In this document: positions 55,050 to 64,000 of the stretch, in pieces
Layout: every line of letters begins with the position of its first letter
Numbering within the stretch: the first letter of the stretch is position 1
NCBI GenBank assembly: GCA_973895155.1
Contig: OZ316893.1
Location: forward strand, 4,764,977-4,828,976
From: Marsupella aquatica
Lineage: Eukaryota; Plantae; Marchantiophyta
Direction: 5' to 3'
DNA length: 64,000 nt
Program-made: the position numbers and the translations under genes
Notes under the pieces: generated by a model
Databases searched by the model: none
What the model saw: only the letters and a program-made list of their open reading frames with translations
What the model was told of the DNA's origin: nothing

Positions 55050-55620
55050 GCACCAGGTAGGTTCACTGACAATTTCAATAGCACCCGCGTTACTGAAGGT
55101 GTTGTGGGTGTGCCTTAAATTCAGGATCCGTTCCAGCCATTCATAGGCTCTTTCATGATTTGCAGAATTGAAAAAAAACCTACGTGTTTGATGGCCTTTC
55201 ATGTCAACTGCTGGTCTGGGGACTGACCACCAGGAGCGGCATGAAGGACCAGAATGATGTACAGGCCCGCAGCAGAGACCATATCACAAACATACTCCAG
55301 GTAGGTAAAACCGCCTCGAGGGAAGAACTCACCAGGCTGAACAAGAGCCTCAAGATCCAACACCGAGAGGTATTGGATTTGTATTGAGGCCAACGCTTTT
55401 AATCTGATTGATATCATCTTGGGTGATCCACGATTCCCAGTGCTTCTGGAACGTTGCATCCGTAGCTGTGCGTCCCAGCACGAAATTCGTCGCTTAGACT
55501 AGCGCAGCCCATGTTGCTCATTTGTCCCCCGTCATCCATGGTTCGGCACTAAACAAGCCGCCTAGATTCACTCCCGGAATCTTGCTCTGACATGGGAGCC
55601 AAACATTTGTAACTAAGCGA
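55050..55620 (-). pseudogene. GH5 glycoside hydrolase pseudogene, fungal endo-beta-1,6-glucanase (GH5_15/ExgB)-like
   Basis: KIPGVNLGGLFSAEPWM, MGCASLSDEF, FQKHWESWITQDDINQIKSVGLNT, EFFPRGGFTYL, AGLYIILVLHAAPGGQ, NHERAYEWL and GAIEIVSEP (NEP altered). Stops and frameshifts are present and the C-terminal half is absent. Confidence 0.85.
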
Positions 55621-55942
55621 AACAGAGGAGGCCTAGAAGAGTGCACTTGCCAGTAACGAGAATTGTTATGGCTGGAACTCTTGTTGAGTTTCTGTGCGGA
55701 TGACTCAGACAATGGATTGACATTCTCCGCTCTCAGTGCTTAATAGCCATTTCGGTAATCCATCCTCCGATAAGAGATGTGAGACACCATGTTCAACTAA
55801 CCTTGTTGGATAGGTAGAGTAGTTTTCGATCTTGAACTCTAGCAAATTTTGACTTGTAGCTCAAGTGTATGGCCAATTGCTACCGCGTGGATGGTCCTGC
55901 ATGGACTTGAGAATCGACTGAGCTGACCTCTTGCTATTGCAT

Positions 55943-56141
55943 ACACATTGGTACACAACCTATGTAGTTTGTCACACACATTCACATAGATGAGAATGGG
56001 GTACAACTGAGTGAAATTCATGTCCACACATGTACGAAATGCACACATTGGTACACAACCTATGTAGTTTGTCACACACATTCACATAGATGAGAATGGG
56101 GTACAACTGAGTGAAATTCATGTCCACACATGTACGAAATG
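55943..56141 (+). repeat. Perfect 100-bp-period tandem duplication
   Basis: acacattggtacacaacc...acatgtacgaaatg occurs twice. Confidence 0.95.
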
Positions 56142-58815
56142 AAATGCACAATAATCTTATCGTTGATGTCAATCAACATCAACACACCATCAACACACAA
56201 ATCCCAATCTGATCTGATCAGACATGGATGTCAAGTCAGACACATTGTGCTCAATGAATCCACTTTCATGCACACAAATCTGGCCTACCATGCCATAGTC
56301 GCCAAAGCTCATGCTGGAAGGCTCAATATAAAAAAATAACGCGAAATCCACTTTCATGCACACAAATCTGGCCAGCCACACCATGGTCGTTTATTCTTGA
56401 AGGCTCAATATCAAAAAATAATGCATTCAAGCCACCCTTTGATAATGCCTTAAAGCCACCACAAAGGGATAACTGTCATTCACAAACACAAACTAAACCC
56501 TATTAACTTATATGGCACACATATGAAAGCTCTAAACACAAACAATACAATATACTTGAATAGTACTCAGAATAGTGTGACACAAGGTTTTTCACATGTG
56601 CATGAAGTAGGTATGTCTATAAGAAATGTGTGAGTTAATCCCCATAAAAAGAAACATGGTTGTGAAGAAATCCTTTGAACACATCCACATTTCAGGAATG
56701 ACAAGATTAGAGTGAAATCACCACTTGCACCACTCCATCCTAAAAAATGATACAAGCTTGGTTAATTATAATAGATGCCTTGGCAAGGATGCTAGTAAGA
56801 GATGATGAAAGCTTGCATATGCTTGCCTAGGTTAACCTGAAGACTGAAAGTATTGAAGGACAAAATGTTGGTATGGCAACCAAGGAGGTTTGGGTGTAGA
56901 TCCTACTGCTATTGCTCCGTTGGTTGATGACTAAGTTTCTGCAAAGCAAGCTAAGTGCTAATCACGCTCGAAGCTTTCCAGAAACAATCATCACCAACAT
57001 GCGCATGAAAATGAAGGTGGAACTCAAAACCTACTCTGAATTGTAATGGCTAGAAATGTTGATGGCTAAGTGCTCCCCAAGCTAGCTGACTTCTAAGTGC
57101 CTTAGGATGGCAGACCATCAAAATATATGAAACATAATAATTGGACGCTCCTACATCTTTGAGAAATGAGATTTAAGATTCTTTGAGAAATGGTCGGGAG
57201 TGAACAAGGCTCTCAAATGAATTGGTTCTAAATATGAAATCTCTTTAAAAAATGATAAACATGACAAATTAGCACATTGAGCTAGGCTCCTGATGTGTTT
57301 ATGAGAGCTTATAATTCCCAGGACATTGAGAAAATAATTTGGTACACTTTAATTGGATTCCCAAAAAACTATGGTGTATTGGTTGTGCATTGTTTTGTAC
57401 TAATCAAGCATGACTAGTCCACGGTTAGGCAAGTACATAGGTATATTTACCGTATCAGTAATGAGTCTCAAAAGTACTCTTGAGAGCCCTTTGCCCTTGC
57501 GTTGCATGGCACAAGGAGGGCCGGGGCATTTATGGGGCAACACGAGGAAGCACATATATGTGCCAGGGGTGCCAATTTCCTCCATCAATGGTCAGGGAAA
57601 CAGCCAAAAAAATCCAACGGCTGTGGATCTTTCCTGCCCAGGAGCTTTTTTGTATTAGGACAAAGGACAAAAAAACGTGGGATCCTTTATTATAGTTGTA
57701 GATGGCTTACAACCAAAAGCAAGTGGCCAAAGCTTTTTCACATGAGGATGTAATTTTTTTTACTAGCTTCTATAGTGGCTTATGGTCATGGCATATGACC
57801 ATCTTTATGGCAAAAATGACATGATCTAATTTTGCCAAAATAACATAGTCTACCCATAACTTTAATTGCTAAGTTTACCTTTTATCAAATTTTGATGTTT
57901 GAGACCCCATAGTGTAGACAATCTAACTAATATAGCACAATCAAAAGCTACGGTAGTCATAGGCCCTACTCTAAAATGAAAATTCTAGACCGTGACTATC
58001 TGAACATAAGTGAAAGTGAGGATGCAAACAAAAAACACAGATGGGGCAAAGATGGAAATAGCATGGAATCCTTTTCTTTCCAAGGTTTTTTTTCCTCCTC
58101 ATCTCTGTTTACATTATTGATAAAGCCCAATTGAAACCAATTGTTAAGGCTTCCATGACTCTAAGGGGACAAGAAACCTAGAAACCTATTATTGTTGAGG
58201 GCTCCCATGACTCTAAGGGGATAACTGAAAGTGCAAGGGATGGAAGCAAAGAGAACCAAAAATGATAAGATATTTCTTTTGCAAGATTTTATTTTGTCTC
58301 GTCTCTATTACACTCAAGGAAGGCGTGCTAGTTTCCTCACAATGTAGAGTACTTGAGTTTGGTAAACTCGACACTACGGGCTGGACCAGGGGCTCTCCAA
58401 CTCTCGAAGGGTCGAAACATGAGGGCCAAACGGGAGGACCCTAATTTCGAGATCGTGCTTGCTTCTACGTATTAATTCAGTTCGATGTTGAGCTCTGCGG
58501 TTCTGGAGAACGCCTAGCTCCGTTCTTCTCGTTCTCGTGAGGGTGCTGCGGGAAATGGTTATGGTGACGCAGGGAGGTTTTCGCGCCAAGGAGCGGGAAC
58601 ACATCGTGGTATGGATTAGCGTTTTAGTGGTTTAGCGTTCGCGAAGTGATGGAAGGTCGGCGCTCATCGTTTCGGATTTTGCTGGTGGAGTGAGACTAGG
58701 GTTTAGAAATTCTTATTACTGTGTAGCGCTGCTGGTGCTGGTCGAAATTCTTATTACTGTGTAGCGCTGCTGGTGCTGGTCGTCGAGAGCGAGATTGACG
58801 GCAAGTAAATGCGAA

Positions 58816-61800
58816 ATGGATCCGAAGGCGCTTCTGGATGAGTTGATGGGCAAGGATCGAGACTTGCCGCTAGATCAACAGAAGAAAACGAAGTTACGCT
58901 TTGATGATCCTGAGGTCAGCCTTTATTCTCGCCCACCTTGTCTTGCCGCTGCTCATGTCGTCACGAATCGTTGGAGGATTTTGTTCAAGTCTTCCATTCC
59001 CGCCGCTTTCCAAGTCATCAAGGTGCTCTGAGCGCATCTTGACGGATTTGGTTTTATACACGTCCCAACGTGGTGTCAGAGGAGCCCTTCTATAGCTCAG
59101 TTGTGTGATTTCATCTAGGGTCTGCATTGGGCGCGACTTGATTTTTTATAGATTTAAAGCCATGGTGCCGGGGCCAGTGCATATTGTCTGTGACAATATA
59201 TGCCAAAGGCCGGGTGCGAGAATCGTAGATATGAATTTTCGCATGTATTTGTTGAGTCGATCTCCACTGTCGTTGGCGCCCTCTATGTAGATCTGGTTCT
59301 CTTCTCCGTTGCACAGCCTCTAACCCCAGACATATGAGCAAGGTTCAGGCTGGGTTGTATGCTTTCATTTGGACTATGGCTTTTGACTTTGACGTTGTGA
59401 CGTTTTTAACGGTATGATTTTGTTTGGGTTGTAATTATAAACCTTATTCTGTTTAAACAATTAGATATCGCAGCAATCTGTAGCGGTTTTGTTCACGGAA
59501 GTTAAGTAGAACCCCTAATACGCGTTTTGCTTATGTAAGAGAGACTCTTCTGCCAATGCAATGTCTGCTCTCACGTTAGGTCGAAAACCTTGGTTAGTCT
59601 ATTGCGTACGCCAAGATATTGAGATCCTGCTAGCCTTTACCTTACCTGAAGGCATCTAAATTTGAGTGAGAGTGCTTTAGAACCCGTGTCCGAGTTTGCC
59701 GTCCTTGCACTTCTCCTTATACTTCTACGCATGGCAATTTCATGTACAATCGAATGAGGGAATGTAAGGCAGCATTGGAGCCCGTTTTGCGGCAGGAATC
59801 ATGGTTCATCCTCCTGAATTCTTCGGGGCCCGAAGCATGCGCATCCGTGGCCTCGGATTTCTGAATGTCATGGGATATTTATGCATTGTCGGAAGATTAT
59901 CTCCACTAGGAACTTGTAGGCAGCACCTTATCTAATTTGCCTTATCTTGTCTTGCAGGTGTGCCATTACCACTTGGTATCTTTCTGCCCGCATGACTTAT
60001 TTCCCAACACAAAGAGTGACCTCGGCGCCTGCGAGAAACTCCACGATGACATACTTAGAGCTGAGTTTTTGAAGTCTAACAGAGTGTCACAGTACGAGGC
60101 TGAGTTTCTGGGGTATCTGGAGCGCCTGATTTCTGACCTGGAGAGGTAGGTCTCTTTCTTCACGAAGTTGGGGTATTGTTTCGCGGACGCTTTCATGGAA
60201 GATTTGTGCTAGATACGGGAGAAAGATTGATTTGTTTACTGTCTGTATGTACCGTTTGTTTCTATTGTTCGTGATTGCAAAATATTGCTTTTCATAGAGT
60301 CTTGGAGAAAACTGGTGCTGCTTGACATTAATTATGGTTAATGAAGAACAATTAGATATCGCAGCAACTATTATTGCTGTTCCGGCAGCAAATGGGCCTG
60401 TTTTGCTGGTTTAAAAAAAGAAATGATTTTGGTATTGATAATTGGCCTATGGCCCAACCAGAGTTAAAGGCCTATTCCTTTCCTTTCCTTTCCTTTCCTT
60501 TCCTTTCCTTTCCTTTCCTTTCCTTTCCTTTCCTTTCCTTTCCTTTCCTTTCCTTTCCTTTCCTTTCCTTTCCTTTCCTTTCCTTTCTGTGCCCTATCGT
60601 ATCTTGCGAAGCGGTCCGTTTAGTTGATTCGGCTGTTATTTTGTTGTTAAAGTCATCACTCTCAAAATCCCCTGCATTCGATGAAATGTTTTCTGGGAAA
60701 TGACATTCAATGAAATATCCCTGGAGTCTTAGTTCTTGGAGTTTCTTTCTATATGACTTTGTGATTTCTGCTGGATTTCCATGTAATGAAGAGTACTTCG
60801 TTTAGTTGATTCGGCTGTTATTTTGTTGTTAAAGTCATCACTCTCAAATCCCCTGCATTCGATGAAATTTTTTCTTGGAAATGACATTCAATGAAATATC
60901 CCTGGAGTCTTAGTTCTTGGAGTTTCTTTCTATATGACTTTGTGATTTCTACTGGATTTCCATGTAATGAAGAGTACTTCTGTCTTGTCAATTTATATAT
61001 CCAGCCAGATAAAAATTTAGGGAAGTTCTCCTGATGGAATTGATGCATGATTAGTGGGATTCTGAGGATTATATTTAGTTTAATTATGCATTTCTAGGCT
61101 CTTTGTTTAATGATTTTACCCTGCTGCCATTAGCAACCTTAAATGGGGGAGGGAGTGTCTTTAACATGTGAATAGGGAGGAGAAGGTAAAAGTGAGATGC
61201 ACCTAGCAGAACTTGGAGTGAAAGTTATTGAAATGGATGGAAGCATTAGGACGCGTCCCATGGAAAATTTGGTTCCTGTTGTATGTCAGGTCAGCACATT
61301 AGTTATTTGAAATGCTCACTGAGGAACTGTTTTCGGGAGGAATTATGGAGAGGGAAGGTCAGCTACGCGGAGGGTCTCTTTTCGTTCTGGTTTTGTGTAT
61401 CCATTCCTCGATATGCCCTTGCTTTATCACGTGATGAAATAATGCCCCGCTGCTACAGTCACACCTGGACATAAGTGAAGATTTACTTCTCAACCTCTTA
61501 TTCTGGCATTTCGTCGACATCGTTATCAATATATGAAGTCGATGGAACCTGTCTGAGTGAGCAACGCAAAAGGGGAAGTCACCAATGTTTTATGTATTTC
61601 AGAAAAATCAAGAGGTGTCATGAACGATTGGACAAGGAGATGCCTTTGACCGAACATGCACGTGCCAACAGTGACCGTATCTCAGCTATTGCCATGGAAG
61701 TACAAGCTTTGCTTAAGCAGGCGGAACGAGAAGGCGAGGAAGGGCTTGTTGATCAGGCCCAGGCCACAATGAATAAGGTACATTCTAGGGTGCAACCTAG

Positions 61801-63701
61801 AAAAGAGCAGAGTGTACTAGAATTGATGTTCGTTTTAAATTCCCTATACTGTCATATGCACAATATTGGAATTTGTGGCAGTACCCGAGTTACAGCTGGA
61901 AACTTTTATGGCTTTCTTAGTTTGAAGTCATGGATCATCAGGGCCCCATGATCTCAAATATTTGCTGTAGAGTAAGAAGAGCATCAAGACGCTGTGCTAC
62001 CGAAAGTATGGCGTACGCTTTCACACTATCATCATCTGATTGGTGATGACTACTCAAGTCTTGCATTAGTGACTTCTGGATTCCCATCTGGGCAATAAAC
62101 ACGGAGTGTCACTGAGAGTTAGAGCCAAGGGTTGGTGAGTAGTACTAGAGGATTAGGAAGGAACATCCCCTCATCATTCTCTTTTCGCTCCTGCCTTTTG
62201 AGAGGTGGAGGGGGGTGGACTCTGAATTTGGTACCTCAATTGATAAAGTGGCAAAATTTAGAAATTTGTGGCCGACGTTTCGTCCTTGCAGATAAGGCGG
62301 GGTAGGTCGTGATGTGCTGATTAAGTTAACCTGCAAAACAGCATGGCAAGGTAGCTGCCTGTCTTTTGAAATAATATTCTTGCTGTTTACCATGTTCACT
62401 GTGTGGCTGTACAACTTTACAATCTTATGGCTGACTGGGATGGTTTGTCAGGTTGAATTTTTAAATAAAGAGAAGGATCAGCTTGTACGAGCAGTCATGC
62501 CGGAGTTTGGTAACATACTGGAAAAAGAGAAACGAATGCAGGTCTGTGAGGTTTGTGGAGCAATGCAGGCCTCTACAGACACAGAAAAGCGGCTTGCAAG
62601 TCATTTGGAAGGCAAACAACATCTGGTAGGGGGACCTTTCTGCAATCTGACTTTATCTTTAATGCTTTAATTGGAGGGTCTGCTGTACTTCGGTTGGGAT
62701 AGCTGCTCACTTGTCGGTAATTCTGCAGGGGTATTTCCGCATAAGGCAAACTGCAGAGCAGCTCAGGAAAAAGAAAGAATCAGAGCGAGAATCTAGAAGA
62801 AAGGACCGCGATGTGGAAAATGATAATTCTGACCTAAAACCCAAGCTCGATGAGCCCCCGTCAGAAGAGCTTAGGGAGAAGGAGAAGGTATCATTCTAGC
62901 TGAGCTCAATGTTATGTGTACGTTTTCTAGCTGTGGCATTAGATCATCCAGAAACTTAGATACACGTTGCATACTTTGCAGGTCAGAGTGATATTTGAAG
63001 GAAAACTTCATAACCTTCGATAGCTTAACCCAGTCTCCTGGGTTCTAGCTTCAGAATTTTCAATTTCAGTTTTTATTATGTCTACTGTTTCGGCAAGGTT
63101 GGCTACTCTAATGGAGGTTAGCATGGGAATTAATGTACTTCTCCTCTTGATCAAGGTCGATCATTTAATGCTGGTTCATCTGTGGTTTAATGCAGAATGG
63201 TACACGGTCGAATGAAAAAGAACGTGATCAGGAGTCGAGACGGGAACGGAGGTTAGTATCAAAGATTGAACCTTTCAGTCTGTCTGGTGTATGTAGACTT
63301 AGAGTTTGATTTCTGTAGTAGACTTTAGAGTTTGATTTTGAGAAGTTTGACTTAGACTGAAATCTTTGCACATTGTTGTGGGTGCTATTTGGCTGATTCG
63401 TGACTTGGACTGTTACAGTCGCAGCAGGGAGAGGATGTATCGAGGGCAAGATCGGGGTCGTGATCGAGACGGAGACCGTGATCGAGAGAGAGAGAGAGAC
63501 AAGCATAGAGACTGGGGGGATAAGGACAGAGACAGAGAACGAGACAAGGATAGGGACAGGAATAGAGAGAGGGATTCCTATAGAGATCGGGACAGAGGAA
63601 GGGGGAGAGACAGAGATAGGGGACGGGACCGTGACAGAGATAGGGAGCGTGGAATCCGGCGGCTCAGTCGTAGCAGAGAGAGAGACCGTGCGAGGCGATA
63701 A
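58816..63701 (+). CDS. LUC7: LUC7-like U1 snRNP splicing factor, 7 exons
   Basis: Phase-consistent exons 58816-58914, 59958-60145, 61603-61777, 62452-62625, 62729-62887, 63196-63251 and 63419-63701. Motifs ALLDELMG, ZnF1 [29 protein letters not shown], ZnF2 VCEVCGA...[11 protein letters not shown] and an RD/RE/RS tail. Confidence 0.96.
60477..60587 (+). repeat. (CCTTT)n microsatellite, about 22 units
   Basis: Perfect pentanucleotide run in LUC7 intron 2. Confidence 0.98.
60618..60980 (+). repeat. Near-perfect tandem duplication of about 181 bp in LUC7 intron 2
   Basis: cgtttagttgattcggctg...gtaatgaagagtacttc occurs twice with few mismatches. Confidence 0.93.
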
Positions 63702-64000
63702 CAGTTGCCAAGCTATCAAATTGCCAGCATTGAACCATCCAGTTGGAATTTAAGTTCCAGTAATTTTTTTTATGGACTTGCGGACCAGACATCTCAACAT
63801 TCTTTGTCACTACACGATAATTTTCGCTACCGGGTACATTGTCGAGACCGTATTGATGTCGTGACTTCCATTTCCGTGTTTTATTGACCAGAGAGTAGAA
63901 ACCCTAGTTCCCGAGTTCTGTGAGTTCACTTACATTGGTGTTTATCACAGAAGCAACTAGCCAAACATAGTACCATGAGTGTACTTTCGATCTGATCAGG

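Noticed and set aside
60374-60703. ORFs with FPFLS repeats
   Set aside because: They are translations of the CCTTT microsatellite in a LUC7 intron.
63228-63719. 163-aa antisense ORF
   Set aside because: A shadow of the repetitive RD/RE exon of LUC7.

Overview
Eukaryotic land-plant nuclear DNA. GT-AG spliced genes, TTTAGGG-type repeats and a plastid peptidoglycan gene (murB) point to a non-angiosperm, probably a bryophyte or liverwort; this is inference. Five apparently functional genes sit among dense, decayed transposon sequence: an HMA-domain protein, a Canopy/Seele saposin-like ER protein, MurB, an At4g37920/CDB1-like plastid protein and LUC7. The transposon sequence includes a Copia 3' end with LTR, a Gypsy RT fragment, Helitron ends, MITEs, a 5'-truncated LINE and a SWIM-domain fragment. 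There are two pseudogenes: adenylosuccinate synthetase and a fungal-type GH5 beta-1,6-glucanase. The most unusual item is a TIR-bounded ~5.7 kb PIF/Harbinger element that carries a third ORF resembling the Zn-binding C-terminal OB domain of RPA70, in addition to the usual transposase and Myb-like ORF. All homology calls come from recognising motifs by eye; no searches were run, and pseudogene and TE boundaries are approximate.
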